Source of the DNA: Candidatus Jordarchaeia archaeon
GTDB lineage: Archaea; Asgardarchaeota; Jordiarchaeia; Jordiarchaeales; Jordiarchaeaceae
Assembly (NCBI GenBank): GCA_029856435.1
Contig: JAHQXB010000176.1
Coordinates: forward strand, 1-56,639
DNA: 56,639 nucleotides
Direction: 5' to 3'
Position numbers and translations under genes: made by a program. Below the pieces are notes generated by a model. It saw only the letters and a list, made by a program, of their open reading frames with translations. It was not told the origin of the DNA and made no database searches. Below, in pieces: positions 20,509-28,925 of this stretch (positions within the stretch are counted from its first letter, which is position 1; each line of letters begins with the position of its first letter).

Positions 20509-20616
20509 GGTGATGCAGATTTATTCGATTCCATCTCCCTAATAAGGCTCCAAATCGTGAAAGAAGCCCTATAAACACCCCCTTTTTGAGGCGAAATCGA
20601 ACGATTCTACATCACC
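20509..20616 (+). mobile_element. MITE-like element, copy 2 (108 bp)
   Basis: 22-bp TIR, 18/22 identical (GGTGATGCAGATTTATTCGATT vs GGTGATGTAGAATCGTTCGATT); perfect direct repeat ACTTTAAGAG at 20499-20508 and 20617-20626. Confidence 0.9.
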
Positions 20617-20626
20617 ACTTTAAGAG

Positions 20627-20734
20627 GGTAGTTAGAAATTTTGGGTTCTACTCCCCCACTTCAATGTTCTAAATCGAAAAAGAAGCTATATAAATGCTTC
20701 TTTTGGGAGTGAAATCGAAAAATTATAAATTGCC
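20627..20734 (+). mobile_element. Degenerate MITE-like element, copy 3, abutting copy 2
   Basis: Shares TCTAAATCGAAAAAGAAGC.ATA.AAA.GCTTC...GAAATCGAA core; ends eroded, no target duplication visible. Confidence 0.65.
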
Positions 20735-20853
20735 CCCTCCCCACTTTTCCTGCGGATAAAATATTAATACAGAGTGATATAGAAGTTCTGTAAAGTTACC
20801 TTCAAGGTTTAGAGGAGGATTCCATTATAATTGAGATTAAAAACTGGCACAGT

Positions 20854-23541
20854 ATGCCGATTGAGGAAGTAATGAAAATTCTGGAAACCAGCTCCAAAGG
20901 CCTTACCAAGGAGGAGGCTTCCAGAAGATGGGAATTATACGGCCCCAACAAGGTTCAAGAAGTGAGAAGACGTTCTTCCCTGAAACTTTTTTTGGAACAG
21001 TTTCGGAACGCCCTAAATTACATCCTCATTTTGGCCGTTGTAATCTCAATAATCCTTGGAGATACCTTGGACGCTATAATAATCATCGTGATACTTTTAT
21101 TCAACGCCACTTTAGGGTTTGTTCAGGAGTACCACTCCGAAAAAGCCCTAGAAGCCCTTAAAGAGTTGTCAGCACCCAAAACCATAGTTGTACGAGAAGG
21201 AAAGGAGAGAGAAATCAAAACAGAAGAACTGGTTCCCGGAGACCTAGTAATTCTCAATACTGGAGATAAAGTTCCCGCAGACATACGTCTCATCACCTCT
21301 GTGAGACTGAGGGCTCTAGAATCCATACTTACCGGCGAAGCCGGCTCTGAAGAAAAAGTTACTGGAGAGCTGCCCGAAGACACCCCCCTAGTAGACCGCT
21401 TAAACATGGTCTACTCTGGAACAGTCATCACCGGAGGTAAAGGCTCGGGAATCGTTGTAGCCACAGGTATGAACACCGAAGTGGGAAAGATTGCGAAAGA
21501 AATTTCAGTAGCCGGCGAGGAAAAAACACCTCTCCAGAAGAAAATATCACGCCTAGCAATTTATCTGGCAGTAATCGCCTTCATATTCGCAAGCATCCAA
21601 GCGATTCTAGCATTTGTGAGAGGTATACCTGCATCAGATATACTTTTATTGGCTCTCGCCTCGGTGATTCACTTCATTCCCGAAGGACTCATAGCTGTGG
21701 TAACCATAGTTCTAGTCATCGGCGTCAGAATAATGGCCAAGAGGAACGCCATAATCCGGAACCTGCAAGCGGTGGAAACTCTGGGCTCCGCCACTGTGAT
21801 ATGCACAGATAAAACGGGCACACTCACCAAAAACCAGATGACAGTACGAGTAATATACTTGAATGGTGAAGTCATAGAAGTAACCGGTGAGGGCTACACG
21901 CCAATAGGGGAATTCCGAAAAAATGGAGCGGTTATAAACCCAAAGGAGAACCCCAACCTCCAACTGTTCCTCAGAGCCATGGCTCTGTGTAATGATGCCC
22001 GTCTTATCTCAGAAAACGGCAGATACTCCATAGTGGGGGATCCCACTGAGGGAGCACTGGTAGTTGCAGCTGCCAAGGGAGGAGTTAACAAGGAGGAGGA
22101 AGAAAAAGAAAGCCCTAGGGTGGATGAGATTCCCTTTGAGTCTGAACTGGCCTGTATGGCTACAGTCCACGACTTTACAGACGAGGAAAAATATGTTTAC
22201 GCTAAGGGCTCCCCTGAACGCATAATTAACCTCTGCAACGAGATATACATAAGGGATCAGGTTATCCCCATAACTGATGAGCTCCGAAAACAGGTGTTGG
22301 AGGTAAGCCACGAATTCGCATCTAAAGGTTACAGGGTCTTAGGGCTTTCCTATAGAGTTGTGGGGAGCAAGTACCGTTTGGCCAGAGAGGACTGCGGAAA
22401 AGACCTAGTTTTTCTGGGATTAGTGGGAATGGTGGATCCCCCCAGAAAAGAAGTCATAGAAGCCATTGAAAAGTGTAAAACTGCGGGGATAAAGGTTGTC
22501 ATGATTACTGGAGACCACCGGGAAACAGCTCGAGCCATAGCCCAAGAAGTAGGAATAATGACTAAAAAAGACCTGATACTTGAGGGCAGAGAACTGGACA
22601 ACATTCCTGAGGAGGAGTTTGAAAAAATTGTGGATTCCGTTAAGGTCTACGCCCGAAACGAGCCCCGCCACAAGCTCAGAATAGTCAAAGCCCTCAAGAA
22701 AAAAGGACAAATTGTGGCTATGACTGGTGATGGAGTAAACGATGCCCCCGCACTAAAGGAGGCGGACATAGGTATCGCCATGGGAATTACGGGAACACAG
22801 CTTGCTAAGGAAACCTCCAACATGGTCCTGGCCGACGATAACTTTGCATCAATAGTGGCAGCAATAGAGGAAGGGCGGACCTCCTTCAACAATCTGAGGA
22901 GAGTAGTGCTTTACCTAATAACAACCAGCATTGCGGGAGGCTTCATTCTACTCTCCTCTCTGCTCCTAGGACTGCCCATACCCTTCCTTCCTTTGCAGAT
23001 ACTGTGGATTAACCTAGTTACAGATGGTATCTGCGACAAAACCCTAGCAGTTGAACCCCGGTACAGAGATGTCCTTAAGGATCCTCCCAGACCCCCAAAA
23101 GAGAACATTTTAAACCGAGGAGTAATCTACCAGATAGCCTATCTATCAGTGATTATGATTATTGGAACAATGTGTGTCTACTACTTTTCCCTCCATTCCT
23201 TGGGATTGTCATACATCTGGAGGGGGTATGAGGAGCCTAGAACAATGGCCTTTGCAACCATTATTTTCTTCCAGCTTTTCAATGCTTTGAACATAAGGTC
23301 TCGGGAGAACTCCATTTTCAAGATAGGACTCTTCAAAAACAAGTATTTCGCAGTAGGATTCCTTTTCTCGCTGATTCTGAACTTCTCCATAGTTTATGTA
23401 CCATTCTTCCACCAGCTGTTTGAAATCACACCCCTAAACGTTTATGATTGGCTCATAGTGTTTCTGGTAAGCAGCAGCATCCTCATAATAGAAGAAATAA
23501 GGAAGATGGTAGCACCAAAACTATTCACAAAAACCAGATAA
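20854..23541 (+). CDS. P-type cation-transporting ATPase (type IIA-like)
   Basis: LTGEA, PEGL, DKTGTLT, KGSPE, DPPR, MITGD, TGDGVNDAPAL, multiple TM helices; start may lie upstream at a non-canonical codon. Confidence 0.96.
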   Translation: MPIEEVMKILETSSKGLTKEEASRRWELYGPNKVQEVRRRSSLKLFLEQFRNALNYILILAVVISIILGDTLDAIIIIVILLFNATLGFVQEYHSEKALEALKELSAPKTIVVREGKEREIKTEELVPGDLVILNTGDKVPADIRLITSVRLRALESILTGEAGSEEKVTGELPEDTPLVDRLNMVYSGTVITGGKGSGIVVATGMNTEVGKIAKEISVAGEEKTPLQKKISRLAIYLAVIAFIFASIQAILAFVRGIPASDILLLALASVIHFIPEGLIAVVTIVLVIGVRIMAKRNAIIRNLQAVETLGSATVICTDKTGTLTKNQMTVRVIYLNGEVIEVTGEGYTPIGEFRKNGAVINPKENPNLQLFLRAMALCNDARLISENGRYSIVGDPTEGALVVAAAKGGVNKEEEEKESPRVDEIPFESELACMATVHDFTDEEKYVYAKGSPERIINLCNEIYIRDQVIPITDELRKQVLEVSHEFASKGYRVLGLSYRVVGSKYRLAREDCGKDLVFLGLVGMVDPPRKEVIEAIEKCKTAGIKVVMITGDHRETARAIAQEVGIMTKKDLILEGRELDNIPEEEFEKIVDSVKVYARNEPRHKLRIVKALKKKGQIVAMTGDGVNDAPALKEADIGIAMGITGTQLAKETSNMVLADDNFASIVAAIEEGRTSFNNLRRVVLYLITTSIAGGFILLSSLLLGLPIPFLPLQILWINLVTDGICDKTLAVEPRYRDVLKDPPRPPKENILNRGVIYQIAYLSVIMIIGTMCVYYFSLHSLGLSYIWRGYEEPRTMAFATIIFFQLFNALNIRSRENSIFKIGLFKNKYFAVGFLFSLILNFSIVYVPFFHQLFEITPLNVYDWLIVFLVSSSILIIEEIRKMVAPKLFTKTR

Positions 23542-23581
23542 AAAACGGAAAAAAGTTGGCCCGCCACAGTTACACAGAGAT

Positions 23582-24739
23582 TCATCTTTGGAATATGTGC
23601 ACTACAATGTTGTTGCCGAAGCCGCCGAAATTAACTGATAGCCCTGTTTCGCATCCTGGAACCTGGCGTTTTCCAGCCTCCCCTCTCAGCTGCCATGTTA
23701 TTTCAACCGCCTGAGCCACGCCAGTAGCGCCCAGAGGATGACCCCTAGCCTTAAGTCCCCCGCTAGGATTTATGGGCAGTTCTCCATCAAGCCAAGTTTT
23801 CCCCTCCTCAACGGCTTTGGCTCCCTCACCCTTCTTAAAGAAACCCACATCCTCGGATTGAACAATCTCCAATATAGTGAAGGCGTCGTGTAACTCTGCA
23901 AAATCTATGTCCTGCGGTTCGAGCTTAGCCATAGAATATGCCTTCTGTGCGGCCTCCCTTAAAGCTCCCAAAACAGTTGGATCCTCCCGCTCAGCAACCA
24001 TCTGAATATCAGTGGCTTGACCAAAACCCTTAATGTATACGGGGGTATCAGTGTACTCTTTGGCTTTATCCGCCGCGCAGAGAACTAGGGAAGCCGCCCC
24101 ATCACTTACAGGGCAGACATCGAATAGACGTAGTGGTTCTGCAATGATTGGTGAGGCTAACGCCTTTTCTAGGGTTATTTCCTTCTGGAAGTGAGCGTAG
24201 GGATTGTGAGCCCCATTTTTGTGATTTTTAACCGCCACCAATGAGAGCACCTCTCTCTTAACACTATATTTTTTCAAATACAACTGTGCAAGAAGCCCAC
24301 CCAGAGAAGGTAGGGTAACTCCATACTTGTACTCTGCAGTGGGATGAGTTAGTGTCGCAACTGAGGAGCTAACCTTGGGATTGGGAATGGAAGTCATTTT
24401 CTCCACACCCACAACCAAAACGAGGTTAGAGACGCCAGACGCGATAGCTTGGAAGCCCTCTTTTATGGCGGAGCCACCACTCGCCGGGCCATTCTCTATT
24501 TTGTCTGCGGCTGCGGGTAGCAAATTGAGCCTATCTGCAAGCACACTCGCGATACCCGTCATCCTATTGAACTCTCCAGAAAACATGTTGCCCACATAAA
24601 CCGCGTCAAAATCACTCTCAGAAGCATTAGCGTCAGAAATCGCCCTGAGACTAGACTCAACCATAAGATCAGTAAGAGACTTACCCTCAAGCTGCCCAAA
24701 TCGCGTCATACCACAACCAACAATGGCAACACCACGCAT
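23582..24739 (-). CDS. Thiolase-family protein lacking the nucleophilic Cys
   Basis: GMTRFG, ENGPASGG in place of ENAC.SG, ELHDAF, GGLKARGHPLGATG; ATG 24739. Confidence 0.92.
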   Translation of the reverse strand: MRGVAIVGCGMTRFGQLEGKSLTDLMVESSLRAISDANASESDFDAVYVGNMFSGEFNRMTGIASVLADRLNLLPAAADKIENGPASGGSAIKEGFQAIASGVSNLVLVVGVEKMTSIPNPKVSSSVATLTHPTAEYKYGVTLPSLGGLLAQLYLKKYSVKREVLSLVAVKNHKNGAHNPYAHFQKEITLEKALASPIIAEPLRLFDVCPVSDGAASLVLCAADKAKEYTDTPVYIKGFGQATDIQMVAEREDPTVLGALREAAQKAYSMAKLEPQDIDFAELHDAFTILEIVQSEDVGFFKKGEGAKAVEEGKTWLDGELPINPSGGLKARGHPLGATGVAQAVEITWQLRGEAGKRQVPGCETGLSVNFGGFGNNIVVHIFQR

Positions 24740-24897
24740 AAACACAACCCCAAACAAACTAAAATAACCAACATACAAAAGATGAAAGTGTCTGCTTTTT
24801 GAATTTTTAGTCCACTTACTATAAAAGGCTTCTCATAAACAAGAAGGCATCAAAAAATCGGAGGATGTGTTTGGTTTTTAGAACTTCCCTAGCCACT

Positions 24898-24939
24898 GGC
24901 GATATAGATTTATTCAGTTACGTTTCCCTTCGAAGGGTA
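24898..24939 (+). mobile_element. Truncated left end of the MITE family
   Basis: GGCGATATAGATTTATTCAGTTACGTTTCCC aligns with the reverse complement of the 56358 end (GGCGATGTAGATTTATTTGGTTCCGTTTCCC). Confidence 0.6.
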
Positions 24940-25039
24940 GCTTTGGGTGAGGTTTTTAAATTAGTATGTGTTCAAGGCTACCAAATTTTCTTTTCACGTT
25001 TTAGGGCGGGTTTAATTCTGGATCTTTTTTGACTTTTTG

Positions 25040-25363
25040 CTAGTTCTTCCTAAGTCTTCGATTGACAAAGAGGCTATCTATGCTATTCTTTAGAAATTGA
25101 GGAATGGGTTGGTTGTAAATGTATTTTCTTATATCCTGTATAATTCTTTTTGAGTGTTCAAGGGGAATTGGAGCGTAAAGGTAAAGTGCATCGTTCTCCT
25201 CCCTGTCCACGACAAAACTAAGTGTGCCGATTCGCTCCCCTCCTCTAGCTTTCTCGTCAGGGATAGAAAAATAGTACACAAAGGCGCTCTTCTTTTCCTC
25301 TCGGACAGGAATTATAGATTCCCACTCATCCAAATGGTGATTTAAAGCAACTGCACCAACCAT
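25040..25363 (-). CDS. Small folliculin/SMCR8-type longin (uDENN)-like protein, possibly N-terminally truncated
   Basis: AFVYYFSIPDEKARGGERIGTLSFVV...YAPIPLEHSKRIIQDI matches the F.xxF.I.D..ARG..R pattern recalled for folliculin/SMCR8 N-terminal domains; no clear RBS. Confidence 0.5.
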   Translation of the reverse strand: MVGAVALNHHLDEWESIIPVREEKKSAFVYYFSIPDEKARGGERIGTLSFVVDREENDALYLYAPIPLEHSKRIIQDIRKYIYNQPIPQFLKNSIDSLFVNRRLRKN

Positions 25364-25428
25364 TGTCCTCAAAGCAATTTTATTATAAATAGGATTAGAA
25401 GGGCTTGAGATTTTTACACTAAATATTT

Positions 25429-26055
25429 TTAATCGATTAGTACTAGGGCTGTGAGGTTCATTGACTCTTTTGTTCCCCACTGTATTTTGAACCCCGCGTT
25501 TTCCGCAGTTTTTGAGACATCTATTCCTACGGCTTCCATTGATGGCCTCGCTTCGAAGGGGTGTTTGCAGGGGTTTTGGGGGTTGCACTCTTTGCAGAGT
25601 CTGCAGGGCCCGGTTGTGAGTCCCAGTGTTAGGCGGTATCCCCTTTTGAACGCTTCTCTTTCTATGACGGTTATTATTCTGTTGACATCTGCCCCTTCAT
25701 TTCCCAGACCTTTACTCATTATTAGTTGTGCGAATTTTTCGTCTTTGGTTAGGTCTAGGAGGTTTGTGGCCTTGTTTTTGAGGTAGTCTTGTATTTCTCT
25801 GTCTATGGTTTTGTCTATTTGAAAGATTATCGCGTGCTTGTACTTTTGGAGGATCTCCTTGAACTCTTTGGCGGACGGGGTATAGGGAGGACACATGAGG
25901 TTTCTTCCATAATTGATGCAGGGTGGATACTTGCATTTCAGCTGTACTCTTTCGTCCACCACAATTAAACTTGTATCTATGGCCTTAGCTCGGGACGCCC
26001 CCTCCCTCACAGCTATTTCGCTTAGCTCCTCCAAGTCCCTTTCAATTTTTGACAA
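25429..26055 (-). CDS. DUF2284-family predicted metal-binding protein
   Basis: KCKYPPCINYGRNLMCPP, GPCRLCKEC, CKHP..ARPSMEAVGIDV. Confidence 0.88.
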   Translation of the reverse strand: MSKIERDLEELSEIAVREGASRAKAIDTSLIVVDERVQLKCKYPPCINYGRNLMCPPYTPSAKEFKEILQKYKHAIIFQIDKTIDREIQDYLKNKATNLLDLTKDEKFAQLIMSKGLGNEGADVNRIITVIEREAFKRGYRLTLGLTTGPCRLCKECNPQNPCKHPFEARPSMEAVGIDVSKTAENAGFKIQWGTKESMNLTALVLID

Positions 26056-26154
26056 GCCTCAAAACCCACCTTAAACAGCCTTCTTCACTCCTAGCTAAGC
26101 GATTCCATATAGGTTTTTTCTTCCCAGTTAGACAATATGGTGGAAAGTTATATA

Positions 26155-26577
26155 TTATTTGTAGAGATCTTTTTCGCTTACCAGTTTGAATCCTGCGCCC
26201 TTTAGAGCTTCTGTGGCTGCTTCAATGTCTGAGACCCTTATTATCATTATGGCTTTTCCCTCTTTTAGTGTGGTGTAGAGGTACTCTATGTTCACGTTTT
26301 TTTCTCCTAGGGTGGATGCTATCTCGTAGAGGCCGCCTGGCTTATCCTGTGCCTCCACTGCTACGACTTCTGTTTCTGAGACCAGATACTCACTCTCTTT
26401 TAACACTTTTAGGGTTTTTTCAGGGTCGTCTACAATCATTCTAATGATTCCGTAGTCCGAAGTGTCTGCAACGGTAAGCGCCCTTATGTTTATCTTTTTA
26501 TCAAGGAGTATTTTTGTTAAGTTTGCCAGAGTGCCGGGTCTGTTCTGGAGAAAAACCGAAATCTGTTTAACCATCAC
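26155..26577 (-). CDS. Tandem ACT-domain protein associated with PaaK
   Basis: QISVFLQNRPGTL, NIRALTVADTSDYGIIR, DKPGGL, NIEYLY; directly downstream of paaK. Confidence 0.9.
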   Translation of the reverse strand: MMVKQISVFLQNRPGTLANLTKILLDKKINIRALTVADTSDYGIIRMIVDDPEKTLKVLKESEYLVSETEVVAVEAQDKPGGLYEIASTLGEKNVNIEYLYTTLKEGKAIMIIRVSDIEAATEALKGAGFKLVSEKDLYK

Positions 26578-26593
26578 TTCATTCCTCCATATT

Positions 26594-27907
26594 TTAAATG
26601 TTTTCCTTCCTTAAGTCTATAACTCTCTTCGCCTTTCCCATAGACCTGGGAATCTCGCCGGGGGCGACTAGCTCAATTTTAACCTTAACCCGAAGCGCCT
26701 CAAACAATCTTTCCTCAATCATTCTCTGAAAATTCTCCAAATCCTTAATTCTATCGGAAAACTTTTCTTGGGTAACTTCAACCCTTACTGTTAGAGTGTC
26801 GAGAATGTCCCGGTCAACAACTATCTGGTAATTCTCACCAACACCCGGTATTCCCATTAGGACATGCTCTATCTGCGAGGGATAAACGTTAACGCCTCTG
26901 ACGATAAGCATGTCGTCCGCCCTTCCCGTAACCTTAGACATCCTGACCATTTTGCGGTTACAGTTGCACTTCTCATAGTTCAGGGAAGCAATGTCATTTG
27001 TAATATACCTCAAGAGGGGTACACCCTCCTTGGTGAGGGGAGTGAACAGCAGGATTCCCTTCTCTCCCGGTGAAACCGGCTCCCTTGTTTCCTTATCTAT
27101 AACTTCTGGAAGTATCTGGTCCTCCCATACGTGTAACCCGTTCTTCTCGGGACACTCAACAGAAACCCCTGGCCCATATATTTCTGAGAGCCCATATATG
27201 TCGAAGGCATCAATGTTTAGGGAGTTCTCAATTTTACTTCTCAGGGTTTCCGAGGAGGGTTCGGCACCAAAAATTCCCAGTCGCAGTTTTATTTCCTTCT
27301 CGATGTCAACTCCTTCTTGCTTCGCATACTCAGCGATGTATAGGGAGTAGGATGGAGTGCAGGTAAGAATAGTTGAGCCGAAATCTTTCATCAGCTTAAT
27401 CTGGAGACTGGTGTTTCCGCCTGAGATGGGAATAACTGCTGCGCCGATTCTCTCACCGCCATAGTGGAATCCTAAGCCTCCAGTAAAAAGCCCATAACCA
27501 TAAGCGTTCTGCAAAATGTCGCCCCTATGACCCCCAGGACAGGTGATAGTGCGAGCCATAAGTTCAGTCCAAGTCTCAATATCGTTACGAGTGTACCCCA
27601 CAACGGTGGGGGAGCCGCTTGTTCCCGAACTGGCGTGTAACCTAACGATTTCCTCCAATGGTTTTGCAAACATTTTGAAGGGATAGTTTTCTCTAAGATC
27701 ATCCTTAAAAGTGAAGGGGATCTTAGTGACATCCTTAACGGACTTTATATCCTCAGGATTTAGCCCCGCTTTCTTAAACCTCTCATTATATAGGCGAACA
27801 TTGTCGCAGCAGTATTTGACCATGCTCCTCAATCTCTTATATTGTATCCTCTCAATTTCTTCTCTCGAAAACAACTCTACGTCTTTATTCCAGTACAGGT
27901 ATTCCAC
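26594..27907 (-). CDS. paaK: Phenylacetate-CoA ligase family protein
   Basis: HASSGTSG, YGYGLFTGGLG, GAEP, DIYGLSE, PLLRYITND, GRADDMLIVRGVNVYPSQIE, GKAKRVID. Confidence 0.93.
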   Translation of the reverse strand: MEYLYWNKDVELFSREEIERIQYKRLRSMVKYCCDNVRLYNERFKKAGLNPEDIKSVKDVTKIPFTFKDDLRENYPFKMFAKPLEEIVRLHASSGTSGSPTVVGYTRNDIETWTELMARTITCPGGHRGDILQNAYGYGLFTGGLGFHYGGERIGAAVIPISGGNTSLQIKLMKDFGSTILTCTPSYSLYIAEYAKQEGVDIEKEIKLRLGIFGAEPSSETLRSKIENSLNIDAFDIYGLSEIYGPGVSVECPEKNGLHVWEDQILPEVIDKETREPVSPGEKGILLFTPLTKEGVPLLRYITNDIASLNYEKCNCNRKMVRMSKVTGRADDMLIVRGVNVYPSQIEHVLMGIPGVGENYQIVVDRDILDTLTVRVEVTQEKFSDRIKDLENFQRMIEERLFEALRVKVKIELVAPGEIPRSMGKAKRVIDLRKENI

Positions 27908-28258
27908 TCAGAATCACCTCACACAAGCCACTCAGCTGCAAGCCACGGCTCACGAAGAAATAAGGAAGAACCAGATAGAAAAATTCTCAACCTTATTTTT
28001 ATTCCTTTTGCATTGCTTTAGTTCATTTTTTCTAATATTTACTTTAAACGGAAACCTCTCTTAAGGAGATTTTAAAGGCGGACTTGCAAAATCGCCTCCC
28101 TAGAGGAGGAAAAAGGAACCCGGAGAATTATTCCGCTCCGCGTCTTTAAAAGAGAATAATTTTAAAACTCGTAGAGCATAAGATAATAGGAAAATGAACT
28201 GTGACCCCTTTGTCGTAGTCAAAATGTACCGTAATTGCGAGTATTTTGAGGTGATGTT

Positions 28259-28912
28259 TTGTCCGAGGAGAAGATCCGAAGGGATATTGAGGAAGCATTG
28301 CTGGAATTTGAAGAGGAAAAGCTGGCAAAAATCCTCAAAGACTCCCTAGATAGGGGTGTTGGTCCCCTGAAACTTATAGATGTGCTAACCGATGTTTTGA
28401 GAGATTTTGGAGATAAATTTGAGAGCGGCGAGTTCTTTCTGCCTCAGCTAATAGCTGCTGGAGACGCGGCTCAGGGCGCAATAAAAGAGGTCTTGGAACC
28501 TGCTCTCAAAAAAAGCGGCGAATCACGAGAACCCATAGGAAAGGTGGTTATTGGCACAGTTTTTGGAGACATACATGACATAGGGAAAAACATTGTGGCC
28601 TCCATGCTCTTCGCAAATGGATTTGAAGTTTACGACTTGGGCAAAGATGTCCAACCAGAAGAATTCGCCAAAAAAGCCAAGGAGCTAAACGCAGACATAG
28701 TGGGAGCCTCCGCCATGCTCACCATGACCATGCAAGAACAGCTTAATGTGGCAAAGGCTCTTGAAAAATATGGAATCCGCGACAAGGTCAAATACATTAT
28801 TGGCGGAGCCATAGTCACCGAGAAGTGGGCGGAGGAGATTGGAGCCGACGGATTTGCCACCGACGCCGTGGAGGCAGTGAAACTAGCCAAAGAGCTTCTA
28901 GGAGTAACATAA
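28259..28912 (+). CDS. Methyltransferase cognate corrinoid protein (MttC/MtbC-like)
   Basis: GDKFESGEFFLPQL cap domain, GDIHDIGKNIV (DxHxxG), SAML, IIGGA. Confidence 0.94.
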   Translation: MSEEKIRRDIEEALLEFEEEKLAKILKDSLDRGVGPLKLIDVLTDVLRDFGDKFESGEFFLPQLIAAGDAAQGAIKEVLEPALKKSGESREPIGKVVIGTVFGDIHDIGKNIVASMLFANGFEVYDLGKDVQPEEFAKKAKELNADIVGASAMLTMTMQEQLNVAKALEKYGIRDKVKYIIGGAIVTEKWAEEIGADGFATDAVEAVKLAKELLGVT

Positions 28913-28925
28913 GGAGGAGGAGGAT

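Noticed and set aside
23640-23715. Inverted nucleotide match to about 8360-8410
   Set aside because: Explained by the conserved QLRGEAGKRQV segment of the two thiolase paralogs on opposite strands
25364-25588. N-terminal extension of the 182-aa ORF
   Set aside because: From 25429 it overlaps the DUF2284 gene in another frame and reads as non-protein; only the C-terminal part is supported
28071-28150. Imperfect inverted repeat TTTAAAGGCGGA...TCCGCGTCTTTAAA between paaK and the corrinoid gene
   Set aside because: Single copy, short, no target duplication; cannot be told apart from chance or promoter structure
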